Assembly: GCA_002269645.1 (NCBI GenBank)
Contig: NIVC01002524.1
Span: forward strand, 1-64,000
Reading direction: 5' to 3'
From: Macrostomum lignano
Lineage: Eukaryota
Length of the DNA: 64,000 nucleotides
The position numbers and the translations under genes are program-made. Under the pieces are notes generated by a model. The model was not told the DNA's origin. It searched no databases and saw only the letters and a program-made list of their open reading frames with translations. Of the stretch, positions 34,673 to 48,250 are shown piece by piece (the first letter of the stretch is position 1; each line of letters opens with the position of its first letter).

Positions 34673-36011
34673 CTGCACTGTCAATAACGTTCAAATCTGT
34701 AGTTCCATTTATTATATTGCCTCAGTCGATGGCCACTTGTGTGACTACACTTTGCAGGCTTTTAGGAGTATATTTTAATCCTCGCGAGTTTCCAATTGAC
34801 TTGAGCTGCTTTGGAGTCCCTATCACAATCTCGCGCTCCCTGATACTCCGTGTGTGAGCACACAATGTTGCTGCTGGCCTCGTGTGTTTTCTTCCCGACC
34901 AAGGGCGGGAACCAATTGGTATTAGTTAATAAATCATACTTAAAGCACTTTATATGCAGGTTTTGCGTCTGCGAAATGAGCAAAGCGACGTCTGCGCAGC
35001 AGAACCTCGACCTAAATGTAATAATATGACTTGCAGCATACCGAATCCTTATTCTGTCTGTCGCAAGCTGCTCTCTGCTCGCTACCCCCGCCATAGACTG
35101 AAGCAAAAATCAATGAGTCCAATCCCGTCCCTGCTCAATTCTGAATCCGCAGCCGGAAGTGAACCATTCCCCGTCGCAGAAAGTCTGTGTATGTACCTAA
35201 GACCCCTGTCTGTCTGGCTAAAGCGAGTATTGGAGCTTGAGGTTATCACATTAAACTGCTACCAGTTGGGGCCGGGGTCGGCGCTGCTGACTGCATCTGC
35301 GGCTGCTGCAGCATGGCCTAGTCCGAACTATATTGCATCGGATTGGATAAGATAAAAGCAAAGTTTTCTCCCCTACCCCCCTGCCCGGTCCTGTTGCGCC
35401 CCTGTTAACAGGAGCTTCCAACTCCATATACTTAGTTCCTTCGCAGTGCGCGGCACAGTTTAATCTTTCGGCCTGGTAGATCGGGGGGGGGCTTGAAGGG
35501 GGAGGCGGTGGGCAGAAAAGAAAGAAAAATGTAAGCATGATCGCCCGGGCTGGCATGGATCGTGTGTCGGCAACATCGCTTTTCAGTGTGTAGTGTATGC
35601 TGTGTGTGTGTGTGTGCACAGCGAGCAAACAGCAAAGTGGCCGGAACACACCCTATTTTGGCTGCCGCTCTTCCATCCTGCCATCCTCGATTTCTCGAAT
35701 GCCAGCCTCCGCTATAGAGATCCAAAATCCGGCGCCTCATCATCGCCCATTCTTTGCAACTGGCAGAGCCCCATGGCATACCATGTCTTCTAAACGTCCT
35801 AAACAGTCGTATCGGTAGCTAAAATATGCACGTTTGGCGAAAGATAGTTTACAACTCTTTTTAATTAAGTAGTTCAACTCGATTGGTTTTTCTGTTGCCA
35901 GAGTGAAAGCTGGCGATTTCGATGGTAAGATGAGTGATGTCCTGAGTTGTGTTAATACTATTGTGTACTTTCATTTAAAAGTTTTGTATGAAACTTGATA
36001 AAAATGCTTCA

Positions 36012-36772
36012 TTGATCAAACTGCAACTACTGTTTATCAATCTCCAGCTACTGTTTATCAAACTCCAACTACTGTTTATCAAACTCCAACTACTGTTTAT
36101 CAAACTCCAACTACTGTTTATTAAACTCCAACTACTGTTTATCAAACTCCAACTACTGTTTATCAAACTCCAACTACTGTTTATTAAACTCCAACTACTG
36201 TTTATCAAACTCCAGCTAATGTTTATCAAACTCCAGCTACTGTTTATCAAACTCCAGCTACTGTTTATCAAACTCCAACTACTGTTTATCAAACTCCAAC
36301 TACTGTTTATTAAACTCCAGCTACTGTTTATCAAACTCCAGCTACTGTTTATCAAACTCCAGCTACTGTTTATCAATCTCCAACTACTGTGTATCAAACT
36401 CCAGCTACTGTTTATCAAACTCCAACTACTGTGTATCAAACTCCAGCTACTGTTTATCAAACTCCAGCTACTGTTTATCAAACTCCAGCTACTGTTTATC
36501 AAACTCCAGCTACTGTTTATCAAACTCCAGCTACTGTTTATCAAACTCCAGCTACTGTTTATCAAACTCCAGCTACTGTTTATCAAACTCCAACTACTGT
36601 TTATCAAACTCCAGCTACTGTTTATCAAACTCCAGCTACTGCTTATCAAGCTCCAGCTACTGTTTATCAAACTCCAGCTACTGTTTATCAAACTCCAGCT
36701 ACTGTTTATCAAACTCCAGCTACTGTTTATCAAACTCCAGCTACTGTTTATCAATCTCCAGCTACTGTTTAT
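36012..36772 (+). repeat. 21-bp minisatellite (CTACTGTTTATCAAACTCCAR), ~36 copies
   Basis: Direct tandem copies; explains ORFs 35975..37021. Confidence 0.97.
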
Positions 36773-37989
36773 ATAACAGACTGGCGCCACTTCTGTACAC
36801 CTGTTTTTCTCATAGCCGAGGCTATATTATTCTTAGGCTTCGTGCCACTCTTTCTGATCCAGAATGCAACGGTCGCAAAATGCGCAGCTGTTTTTGACGC
36901 AATATTTACCTACCGACGCTGGATATTCTATCCAAAACCACTTGTTTATATTGTCCCCGTTTGGCAGGTTCTTCCTCGCTTTTTTTGTCTCTTACCTTCT
37001 CTCAGTTTTACTCGACATTGAAGCCGAGCAACAAACGGCCTGTCTTGGTCTGCCTCAGCCAAGCTACCGCTTAAACAGTAGGAATTCGATCCCCCGAGCT
37101 CTTGATGGTGGGTGCCGCGTAATTTGCCACTTGGCTAAGCCCTTCTCTCTGTGCTGCTTAACGCTTGCTAGCACGTATTGGCTCCTCCCCATTTTTTCTC
37201 GGTTGTTGCTCAAGTTCCCCACAATTTGGCCTTGGCTCAGCTCCCCCCCGCCGACTCAGCCGGCATTGTGGCATTGTTGTTGGTGTCTGTGTCTCACCGT
37301 ACCACTGTGCCGCACTACCCGCGCTCTGTTTGACACGGGCTCCATGCTGAGCCCTCGCGTTTTAAAAACCGCACCAGGGCCAGTAGACTGGGAAAGAATA
37401 GGGACCGGGCTGTGAATAAAAGGCGCTCAACACCCCTCCTTTTTCATCCTATTTCATTTCTCGCCTCCGCCTCAAGCCAATTCCGAGCAGCTCACCGATC
37501 CATTGAACCGCCTCTGACTGACAGCTGAGACTACAAAAGAGAATCTCTCTAGCTCTGTGCTCTTGCGTTTTCGCCTCAGCAGCTAGGCAGCTAGTAGTGT
37601 CGGGGGAACCAACTGAAACAATGAATAGCCCGGATAGTCGGTATAGCGCCTAGGGACGCCCAGGGAAGGGGGTGGAGAATTTTGGGAATAAGAATAAAAA
37701 ACAACACAGCTAGTCAGCTGGAATTTCAGCACTGGATCTCCGGCTAGGCTGGGTCTGTTCGAAGCTTTAAACTAAAAAAATGGGCCACTTTTTATTTAAA
37801 AAAATAGCCGGGTGCCAAACTCTTGCATCGTTAGCCACCCGTTCGCGTTACGAAATGGCCACGGAATTGCCTCTGTTCAGTTTACCTGCCTGTTTTCCTA
37901 TTCCCAAGGATTACTTGCAGAGGCTTACAGATCTTAATACTCTTTAGATGCAGTCATTGTATAGTCATAGTCATGCCACTCGTATGGTC

Positions 37990-38745
37990 ATTGTATGATC
38001 ATGCCGCTCCTTGGGTTACTTTATGATCCTACTTTAAGATCCTACCACTTCTTATGGTCATTGTATGATCCTACCACTTCTGTGGTCATTCTATGATCCT
38101 ACCACTTCTGTGGTCATTTTATGATCCTACCATTCTTGTGGTCATTGTATGATCCTACCATTCTTGTGGTCATTGTATGATCCTACCACTCTTGTGGTCA
38201 TTTTATTATCCTACCACTTCTGTGGTCATTTTATGATCCTACCACTTCTGCGGTCATTTTATGATCCTACCATTCTTGTGGTCATTTTATAATCCTACCA
38301 CTTCTGTGGTCATTTTTTGATCCTACCATTCTTGTGGTCATTGTATGATCCTACCATTCTTGTGGTCATTGTATGATCCTACCACTCTTGTGGTCATTTT
38401 ATGATCCTACCACTTCTGCGGTCATTTTATGATCCTACCACTTCTTATGGTCATTGTATGATCCTACCATTCTTGTGGTCATTTTATGATCCTACCACTT
38501 CTGTGGTCATTTTATGATCCTTCCACTTCTTATGGTCATTTTATGATCCTTCCACTTCTTATGGTCATTTTATGATCCTACCATTCTTGTGGTCATTTTA
38601 TGATCCTACCACTTCTGTGGTCATTTTATGATCCTACCATTCTTGTGGTCATTGTATGATCCTACCATTCTTGTGGTCATTGTATGATCCTACCATTCTT
38701 GTGGTCATTGTATGATCCTACCACTCTCGTGGTCATTTTATGATC
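37990..38745 (+). repeat. 29-30 bp minisatellite (TGATCCTACCACTTCTGTGGTCATTTTA and variants)
   Basis: Direct tandem copies. Confidence 0.96.
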
Positions 38746-40554
38746 CATTGTTGCCATTGCTTTCAGTGTTCGGCTACATCCACGACCCTGCAGTGAAATA
38801 TTATTTTCCCTTCCTCTGTTTAGCTTGCCGCCATCATACACAGGCTTAGTCCCAGGAAAGTGACAGTGTTGCCTCTGTACCGGATAAACTACGCCTTTCT
38901 CCTACTCACAACTAACTCTCTGCGGCTGCACTAAGCAAGGCATTAACTAAAGCAGCAAAAAGTGGGAAACAAAGATGGAGAATGAATGAATGAATGAATG
39001 GCTAAGACATAGCAGCCGATTGCTAAAGGTGCGGTTGTTGCGACTGAGGTGGGAAAGGCAGTTAACACAGGGGTGTTGCAGTGACGCCTTGTGAAAAACT
39101 GTCACGGCGTCTTCTCAGTGCCGACTTCAGGCCCAGCAGCAGCAACAGCAGCCTACTGTATGCGCTGACGCGCCCTCTTTACTTCACACTACACCATTTT
39201 CTTATGCTTAGCTTTCCTCCGTTCTGTTCTTCTGTCTCTGCCCCTTCCAAATAATACCTTCCCTTTCTTTGAGGCTCAGGATGCCGGACGCTCCGCGCCA
39301 GCTTCAGAACTACTATACTAGCTACTACTAATGCAGAGCGATGCCACCCAAGCGGAGGGTGTGAAGCTGCGGAACAGGCTACGATAATGGAGAGAGTGCC
39401 CTGCTCTCATCCCAACTCAGTAGTTAGTAGTGGTTAGTAGTTTTCCTCCAACCTGCTTCCCTTTGTAAAAAATAGCACCTATACACGCGAGGAGAGAATG
39501 GAGGAAGGGGATGGCGCATGAAGCACTGGTGGCATTGTTTTCAGCCCGACAGTCCTTAACACGCCGCACAGGTGAGGGTACTGGAACTGCCGCTGGCGCC
39601 GGCCCACTTTGCACCTGCATCCCATTGTCGCTGTTCTCCTCACACCCTCCGTATACCAAATTCTCTATTTCTTTCTTCTCTTTCACGCCTGTCAGCAGAT
39701 GCTGCTTCAATTCCACTGAGGGTGTTGGGGACTTAACGAGTTGCGCGTTGCCTCCCCCAGTTTAAAATCCCTCACTCACTCTCCCTTTCTCTCATTTCTC
39801 TCTGTCTGTCTTTCTCTCTCTCTCTCGGCATTTGAGAGGCTCCTCTTCCCACACAGAACTTATGTGCTCCCGGGGCCGGCTAACTAGAAGGATCTGCTGC
39901 CGCTGCTGTGCGTCACCCCCTCCTATTTCGCTCTCAACTTCACGTCGGTCCGTTCTCCCATTGGCATGTACATACGCATGCAAAAGGCTGCGTGAGAATG
40001 GCATGTAGGCATGCGCGCGCCAGTGTGTAGGTGGCAATTTTCTGTTTGTTTTTTACCGCTTCCGCCTGGAGAGAGAGAGGCAGCTTTTGTAGCCAAGAGG
40101 TGGGAGGTAAACTGGGGTCTGAGAGGAAGAAAGTAAAAGTGAGAGTAAAAGAGGAAGTAGTGGGAAGGTAGGCAAAAAAGAGAAAAAAGAATTAAAGAAT
40201 GAGAAAGGTAGAAAGGTGCGAAACATGAGCATATAGTCGTCTGTTTCTTCTCTTACAGTTCAGCCGTACCTTGTATGCTGATTTTTTTTGTTGCCTGATT
40301 AGAAGGCAAAATGCTTCCAAAATTAATTTGGAAGTATGCATTAGTGTGCGAGAATTAAGAGACGCAATTTTCTATGTAAGCTTCATGGCAGCGTTAATTG
40401 TACTTGATAGATTTGATTGTTTCCTGTTCTGATTAGTGTTTACAGGACAGCCGCAGATGTAGACAGTAAGGTTTATGAATATTTTATTGTAGGTCCCGAA
40501 GGTTGGGGGTTTCAATTAAAATACCCAAATTTACCATCGTCTAAAAGCGTCTTA

Positions 40555-40940
40555 TGAGACCTAAATTTTACAAGACCTAAAGTTTATGAGACCTAAATTT
40601 CACAAGACCTAAAGTTTATGAGACCTAAATTTCACAAGACCTAAAGTTTATGAGACCTAAATTTCACAAGACCTAAAGTTTATGAGACCTAAATTTCACA
40701 AGACCTAAAGTTTATGAGACCTAAATTTCACAAGACCTAAAGTTTATGAGACCTAAATTTCACAAGACCTAAAGTTTATGAGACCTAAATTTCACAAGAC
40801 CTAAAGTTTATGAGACCTAAATTTCACAAGACCTAAAGTTTATGAGACCTAAATTTCACAAGACCTAAAGTTTTTCAGACCTAAATTTCACAACACCTAA
40901 AGTTTATGAGAGGTCTGAGAGGTTTATGAGACCTAAATTT
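40555..40940 (+). repeat. 32-bp minisatellite (GAGACCTAAATTTCACAAGACCTAAAGTTTAT)
   Basis: Direct tandem copies, built from two ~16-bp AGACCTAAA subunits. Confidence 0.96.
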
Positions 40941-41934
40941 ACAATTGTCAAGAAATTTCTATCATTCACTTTTAGGAAAACTTTAGACAATACGAATTTT
41001 TAAGCGATATTGTAAAATTTGGGCCTTGTCAAGTTTCTGTGTTATGAAAAAAGTGTAGTTTATGTGATGTGAAATTTAGATTTTGTGAAAACTGAAGGCG
41101 CGAGGCTGCTGATGAACGAGAAAAAACACATAGGAAGTTTCATTTTATGAACAGTAAATCGTAACGTCTTTTAGGGGGAATAATTTGACCTTCCCGAAGG
41201 CGTCTTCGAATAACTTGGAAGAGCGTTTTCGGAGCCAAACTTTTGCTGTGCAAAGTTTAGAGCGAATCTGTAGCATTTGGAACGGATGCAAGCATTCATG
41301 ACAGGCTCGTAGTGATACTCTTGGCATTTCCCTTTTACTGACTCCGTTGATCTGCATAGGTTATAATTGGGTCTTTATCTAGCACTAAATGATGCTTATA
41401 AATGCTGTGTATATTACTGTTATATCGTTTTCTCTTAGCTAACCATTGCCTCAATACTGTCTTCTAGAAGAAGTTGCGTAGAAGTGGCTGCGCAGTTTTA
41501 ACTTTGCGGGCTTAAGCAAAATTTTAGCAACTATATTTATGGCATCTAGACGTAGCTTAAAAAACTCAGGTGAGAGGCATCAAACTCCATCTAGCAACCG
41601 ATTATAGCTCGTAATTGTCTGGTCTCTTGGGGCTTTTACGAGTATTGTTGTTCTTTTCTGCCTTGCGAAGATACGAACTTCTGGTAACTAAGGTCTACTG
41701 CCGAATAACAATAAAATTAGAAAACATTATTATTCTTCCTCTAATAGCGGGAATATACCGTTCAAGACTTCCATACCACAAATTCCTAGGCCTAATATCT
41801 TGATCGCAGAATCTAGGATCCCAGTCCTTATATACCGATCGAAACTCGGAGACCTTAGATAAAATTTATGATTTCTGTCCAGGCCTGTAGTCCTGATTCT
41901 GGGAACTGAGATCTCGATTCCGGACACTGAGATC

Positions 41935-42135
41935 CCAATTTGAACACCGAGATCCCGCGATTTCAAAGCTTGCGATCCCGATTTCGGACACCGAGATCCT
42001 GATTTCAAAGCTTGTGATCCCGATTTCGGACACCGAGATCCTGATTTAAAAGCTTGTGATCTCGATTTCAAAGCTTTTGATCCCGATTTCGGACACCGAG
42101 ATCCTGATTTCAAAGCTTGTGATCTCGATTTCAAA
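41935..42135 (+). repeat. 42-bp (2x21) minisatellite (GATCCCGATTTCGGACACCGA/GATCCTGATTTCAAAGCTTGT)
   Basis: Alternating 21-bp subunits. Confidence 0.9.
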
Positions 42136-43098
42136 AATCAAGATCCCAATCCGGAATCATATGAACTAATTTTGAAACTTTTCCTAGCAAAATCTACTTT
42201 TTAAAAGTTAGCTTTCTGGTCAGTGAGAATCCGAGCCGAACAAGGGAGCAATCAGGCAGCAGTTAAAGAAGAGAAAAAAGCGCGAACGCGCTCCTGGATA
42301 TTTTTTGTCAGCCTCTTTAGTTTTGTTCCTCTTCGTTTCTGCCGCGGTAGAAGAAAATTCGAGCAACAGTTGCGGGTGACGCGGACCCGGTTTTGACGGG
42401 CACGCCAAGCAGATTGTGCACTTTCAAAGTATTTTTAAAGGGCCGCGGAGAGTGTACTTTCGTATATTTTAACTCTCACTTTCTTGCAATATGAAACTGG
42501 TTTATTGTGTGCAGTGCAGTCTGTAAATCATGTGTCGCTAGCTTTGGTTGATTCAATGATTGGGAGTTCTCGGAAAGCATAGGGATCCACAAGTTTTAGG
42601 TTTGTATGCTGTTTTGAAGAGGGTCCAAAGGTCCAGAGGATCCAAACTCAGTACCCTTAACACTGCTGAGCCTCTCTGACCCATAGAATTTGCACAATTC
42701 TGCTGACTCCATGTTTATGGATTGCTCAAATATGATGATTGATAAAAATCTATAAATCCCAAATAATTATGGAATCATTGATGTTTTAAATGAAATATGA
42801 ATTAAAAAGCAAATTGAAGCTTAGAAAGTTCTATATAGTTTGGAACAACGTTGACGCCAAAGCAACGGTTACTCTCCTTGAGCAAATTAAGCGGGGCTCC
42901 AGATAATGTTGGAAATTCCTTCCTGAAGCTTTGTAATTGAGAATTCGAAAGTAGTTTTTTCCTGTATTCCTATCTGCTCATATCGCCATCATAAGGGAAA
43001 ATTACTGTCTTGTCTGACCTCCCCGCTGGCTCCGATGTGTCAATCAGCTCTGTTGCTTGGTGGCGTGGTGAGCTCACAAACTTGTTGGACGTAATGCA

Positions 43099-43101
<3 letters not shown>

Positions 43102-43150
<49 letters not shown>
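43102..43150 (+). repeat. (CT)n microsatellite
   Basis: ~24 perfect CT units. Confidence 0.98.
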
Positions 43151-43152
<2 letters not shown>

Positions 43153-43424
43153 ACTGCTTTGTGTTATCCAACTGACTGTTTCATAAAACAACCCGGGAGT
43201 AGGATATTTCTTCTACATGCTGGCTGTTGACTCAAAAACAGCTTCTGTTAACAACTGTGTTTCGAATATAGGAACGGGTATAGTCGGAGGAGGGCGTCTG
43301 CTTAGCAAGCACCGAAGCTAGTGCTTGCGTGGACCGTGGCTTAAAATGCTCATTGTTCAGCACTTCTCTCTATTGAATGGTCATCTCTCCTAATGATCTG
43401 GGCTTCTGTCTCTGTTTTTGCATT

Positions 43425-44057
43425 TTCTCCCCCCTCTTGTCTCAGTCTCACCCTCCTCTTGTCTTGGCCTCCCCCCTCTTGTCTCAGTCTCCTCCCTTTC
43501 TTGTCTAGTCTACTCCCCCTCTTGTCTCAATCTCCTCCCCCTCTTGTCTCAGTCTCCTCCCCCTCTTGTCTAGTCTCCTCCCCCTCTTGTCTCAGTCTCC
43601 TCCCCCTCTTGTCTCAGTCTCCTCCCCCTCTTGTCTCAGTCTCCTCCCCCTCTTGTCTAGTCTCCTCCCCCTCTTGTCTCAGTCTCCTCCCCCTCTTGTC
43701 TCAGTCTCCTCCCCCTCTTGTCTCAGTCTCCTCCCCCTCCTGTCTCAGTCTCCTCCCCCTCTTGTCTCAGTCTCCCTTTCTTGTCTAGTCTCCTCCCCCT
43801 CTTGTCTCAGTCTCCTCACTTTCTTGTCTCAGTCTCCTCCCTTTCTTGTCTCAGTCTCCTCCCCCTCTTGTCTCAGTCTCTTCACTTTCTTGTCTCAGTC
43901 TCCTCCCTTTCTTGTCTAGTCTCCTCCCCCTCTTGTCTCAGTCTCCTCCCTTTCTTGTCTCAGTCTCCTCCCCCTCTTGTCTCAGTCTCCTCACTTTCTT
44001 GTCTCAGTCTCCTCCCTTTCTTGTCTCAGTCTCCTCCCCCTCCTGTCTCAGTCTCCT
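43425..44057 (+). repeat. 21-bp pyrimidine-rich minisatellite (CCCCTCTTGTCTCAGTCTCCT)
   Basis: Direct tandem copies just upstream of the putative TCF promoter. Confidence 0.96.
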
Positions 44058-44219
44058 TCTCCGCTTTCCCTCGTGTTTATCTCCTCCCTCCCAATTTCTC
44101 GTGTAATTTGAGCAAATAAAAACATTCTCCACATTTTTACTCCGATAACCCCAGCCATACTACTTGCAGCACTACTAATAAACTATTACTTTACGTGTTT
44201 CCTCTTTCTGTTCAGAGTG

Positions 44220-44579
44220 TCGTATCCAATCAGACGCGGGATCAGTAACCAATTCCGTCTGCATTGAGGCTCTGTCCTACTGCTCTTTCCTTCTTTTTTG
44301 GCCGACGCATCTGTTCGCTTTTGGGCAAAGCAGCGCGAATCGATCCGCCAGTCCAATCTGATTGGCTGCGCCTCTCTGGTTCTCCCGCGGCCTCCCTTTT
44401 TATTGATTCGCTCGCTTCCTTCGTCTTCATCATTTTCAGCCTTCTCCCTCCTTCAATCGGCAATTATTTCTGTCGGCTTCCATCTGCCTGTGCCTCTCTC
44501 AGCCGTTTCTTCTTTGCCAGTTTGAACACTTCAGAATTAATTTATAGTTGAGGAAGACGCCGGCTGAACCTCGCCAAAG
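44220..44579 (+). promoter_or_regulatory. Putative TCF promoter and non-coding first exon
   Basis: CCAAT boxes at ~44226 (CCAATCAG), ~44249 and ~44355 (CCAATCTGATTGG). Donor-like AAG|GTAACT at 44580, a second donor AAG|GTAAGC at 45725, and an acceptor ttcgccttgcag at 46083 upstream of the ATG. Confidence 0.4.
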
Positions 44580-46211
44580 GTAACTTTCTGTGGCTATGTT
44601 CATAATAGAGAAAATATGCTTGCTTTATTAATACTGGCAGCCCAGGTGTTACGCTAGCTTGGAGAGTGTTGAGAAAGATGAAAAATTAATTAACGAGGTA
44701 ACGAACCCTTCCGAGCTTGGAATAATTCGAGTTGGAAATCTGTTTCGCACTGAGCAGCTTTAGTCTTGAGTCACTATGCGCCAGAACCGCTGCCATCAAT
44801 TATGATCTGCCTATGCGCGTCAGGCGGTTAACAAATCTGTTTGCAGTGCTGTCCGGGTGTTCTCTCTAGTATAGTCCAGCATGTCAGTCACACCGGTTCA
44901 GTTTACTGTGAATGTGTGTATAATGTGTGTGTTTGTGTGTGTATTCTGCCGCCCCTAAGCTTACTGCTCCCGTGTCCCGATGTTCTCGAGGCTCAAATTG
45001 TCTGAAGTGGCGGCACCGCAGGAAATTCGGAATTCTCTCTCCGCCTTCTCACTTAGGGCTCATGACCACTCTCCAGCGTCTCCGCTTCTTCAACTACTCT
45101 CTTAATTCATCTGATATATCTGCCCCACCCTAGCGCGCTACCTGCGGCTTTGTTGTGCCAACCGGCCCAGCTTGTTGTCTTAATTTTCTTCTGCCTGAAA
45201 ATTTCTCTGCCTACTCTCACAGTCTATTCTCTGCTTGGCCCTGGTTCCCACTGGTCTATTATTAAATTAATCTTTGTCTTTTGTCTCGCTCCGCTAACTA
45301 GCAGCCAAAGTTCTATTTTATTGGTCTGCTTTGGTATGTGTGCGCGCGTGTGAATTGTCTCGGCCCCTACCCTGCATTTCTCTCTGCCCTCCCTCTCAAT
45401 CGGTGTGTTTATCTGTTCTCTCTTTGACAGTTCTCGCTCATCGGTTATCGCCGCCTATCCAGGTTGTCAAAGCCTGTCTCGCCATTGCCAGGTTCCATCT
45501 CTTCTCATTTTCATCGCACACGATCTTGGGACAGAGTGACCAGCAACATTATTCATATAGAAAGTCGCCGCTCAGACAGGAAGTGAACCTTGACTTGCAA
45601 TTTAGACTTTTTAATATATAAGTACCTTAATTAAATACGCATTGCCTGTCTCCATCGTTTGACCGACCTGTCTCTCATTTTTATTGAGTTTCTTGCTTGG
45701 TCCTCCCGGTAACCTGTCGGCAAGGTAAGCTGTAATCCGCGGCTTTTCAGCTTTTGCTACAAAAATCCCCAGTTTTCATTGTCCCTTAGACAAAATCGAA
45801 GGCGAGCGGGAGCGGCTTCCCTCTTCTAGCGCCGCCAATCAATCTTGTTAATTGATTCTTTGCATTGTCGCCTTTTGTTTCTTTTGGCTTTTACCTATTC
45901 ATCACCTTCTATTCATTGCATCCGATCCCTTCAAAATTGTCATTAAGTTATCTTCTTCTCTACGAAAACTCTTTTTGTTCAGAGATTTTTTAGTTTATTG
46001 GCTGCAATTGTTGTCTTCATCCAATATCTGTTTCGGGCCCGTTTCATTTCATGCCATCTGCCCTACTCTCGTTCGCCTTGCAGAAGCAGTGACTCCTGTT
46101 TAAAAGCATGCCAGCTGCGCTGTCCTGCGCGTGAGCCTCGCAACCAGCCTCTCTCCAAGTACAGCGCGCGCTTATTCAACAACTGCTACTCGGCCACTCA
46201 AGTCGGATTTG

Positions 46212-46932
46212 ATGGCCGCCGCATCAATGAGCGCCAGTGTTGGCCGGCCGAACGACGGCGTCTCCAAGCGGGAATCTGCGTCTTCTTCTGCAGCTGCAGC
46301 AGCCTCGCTTGTCCCCGGCGAGGATCTGGCCGCCTCGGACGAAGTGAAGAACTACAACCAGGAAGACGAGGAGGACAGCATAGCGGCGCCGCCGTTCTCA
46401 GCCGGCGAGAATCTGCGCCAGGACAAAAGCGAACTAGTTGAGGAAGGCGAGAAAGCGCTTTGGAGGCCGTACGCTTCCACTGGAGGCGGCGGGAGTCATG
46501 CTGGCTCGGCAACTGCAAGCGCCGGCGACCGGGCTCACAATGCCCAGCCTCTTCATCTGCCTCATCCGCCTGTGCCGCCCAGGCTTTCTCAGCATTCACT
46601 ATTTGGCGCGCCAAACAATGCTGCGGCCGCGGCGGCGGCTGCTGCAGCAGCGGCGGCAGCAGCGGCAGCCGCGTCGCCTCTATACGGCCACGGTAGCCCT
46701 GTGCCGCTGCACCAGTTCCTCAGCCAGTGCGCGGCGCTGTCCTTTCATCCGCCATTCCATCATCCCGGTTGGGTGGCCGCGGCCGCCGCCTCCGGTGTTC
46801 GCGGCGGCAGTGGCGGCGGCGACGGGTCTCGCCTCCCGCCTCATTTCTCAGCGGCCGCGTCCTCAGCGGCCTACTTGGAGGGTCTGCGCTCTCCGACTGC
46901 GGCTGCTTCCGCTGGCATCTGCGGTAGTGGAG
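46212..46932 (+). CDS. TCF: TCF/LEF (pangolin) first coding exon with beta-catenin-binding domain
   Basis: EDLAASDEVKNYNQEDEED...ENLRQDKSELVEEGE matches the CTNNB1-binding motif (DDLGANDE..FKDEGE...L...KSSLV.E.E). In-frame TAA at 46101 precedes ATG 46212. Donor GTGAGA at 46933, phase 1. Confidence 0.9.
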
Positions 46933-46962
46933 GTGAGAACGGTTGGGGAAGTCGCTCTTGAG

Positions 46963-47995
46963 GACTGGGTCATACAATAGAGGCTGTCCATCTCCTGGTC
47001 ATAGAGACTGGGTCATACAATAGAGACTGTCCATCTCCTGGTCATAGAGACTGGGTCATACAATAGAGGCTGTCCATCTCCTGGTCATAGAGACTGGGTC
47101 ATACAATAGAGGCTGTCCATCTCCTGGTCATAGAGACTGGGTCATACAATAGAGACTGTCCATCTCCTGGTCATAGAGACTGGGTCATACAATAGAGGCT
47201 GTCCATCTCCTGGTCATAGAGACTGGGTCATACAATAGAGACTGTCCATCTCCTGGTCATAGAGACTGGGTCATACAATAGAGACTGTCCATCTCCTGGT
47301 CATAGAGACTGGGTCATACAATAGAGGCTGTCCATCTCCTGGTCATAGAGACTGGGTCATACAATAGAGACTGTCCATCTCCTGGTCAAAGAGACTGGGT
47401 CATACAATAGAGACTGTCCATCTCCTGGTCATAGAGACTGGGTCATACAATAGAGACTGTCCATCTCCTGGTCATAGAGACTGGGTCATTCAATAGAGGC
47501 TGTCCATCTCCTGGTCATAGAGACTGGGTCATACAATAGAGGCTGTCCATCTCCTGGTCATAGAGACTGGGTCATACAATAGAGACTGTCCATCTCCTGG
47601 TCATAGAGACTGGGTCATACAATAGAGGCTGTCCATCTCCTGGTCATAGAGACTGGGTCATACAATAGAGACTGTCCATCTCCTGGTCATAGAGACTGGG
47701 TCATACAATAGAGGCTGTCCATCTCCTGGTCATAGAGACTGGGTCATACAATAGAGACTGTCCATCTCCTGGTCATAGAGACTGGGTCATACAATAGAGA
47801 CTGTCCATCTCCTGGCCATAGAGACTGGGTCATACAATAGAGGCTGTCCATCTCCTGGTCATAGAGACTGGGTCATACAATAGAGGCTGTCCATCTCCTG
47901 GTCATAGAGACTGGGTCATACAATAGAGACTGTCCATCTCCTGGCCATAGAGACTGGGTCATACAATAGAGGCTGTCCATCTCCTGGTCATAGAA
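46963..47995 (+). repeat. 43-bp minisatellite (GACTGGGTCATACAATAGAGRCTGTCCATCTCCTGGTCATAGA), ~24 copies, in TCF intron
   Basis: Direct tandem copies starting 30 bp after the TCF donor. Confidence 0.98.
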
Positions 47996-48009
47996 ACTTA
48001 AGAGAAAGT

Positions 48010-48250
48010 TTTTTGACGGTCACATTTGAGGGTCACAATGACAGCCACATATGTGACAGTTTATTTGACGGTCACATTTGAGGGTCACAATGACAGCTAC
48101 ATATGTGAAAGTTTTTTTGACGGTCACATTGCAGGGTTAAATTATTAACTGACGGTCACATCACGGTCACACTTACCGTCATACTTGACGGTCACAAGCG
48201 TGACAGGTAGTGTCACAATTTTGGCAGTCACCAAACAATATGACCGTCCT
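48010..48250. repeat. Short repeat cluster of GACGGTCACA motifs (55-bp period x2.3 plus isolated and inverted copies)
   Basis: TTTGACGGTCACATTTGAGGGTCACAATGACAG repeated; inverted TGACCGTC at 48241. Possibly a transposon subterminal region. Confidence 0.6.

Noticed and set aside
40525-41025. Weak inverted similarity (CCCAAATTT...TCG..TAAAA) flanking the 32-bp array
   Set aside because: Too degenerate and no TSD; cannot support a transposon call.
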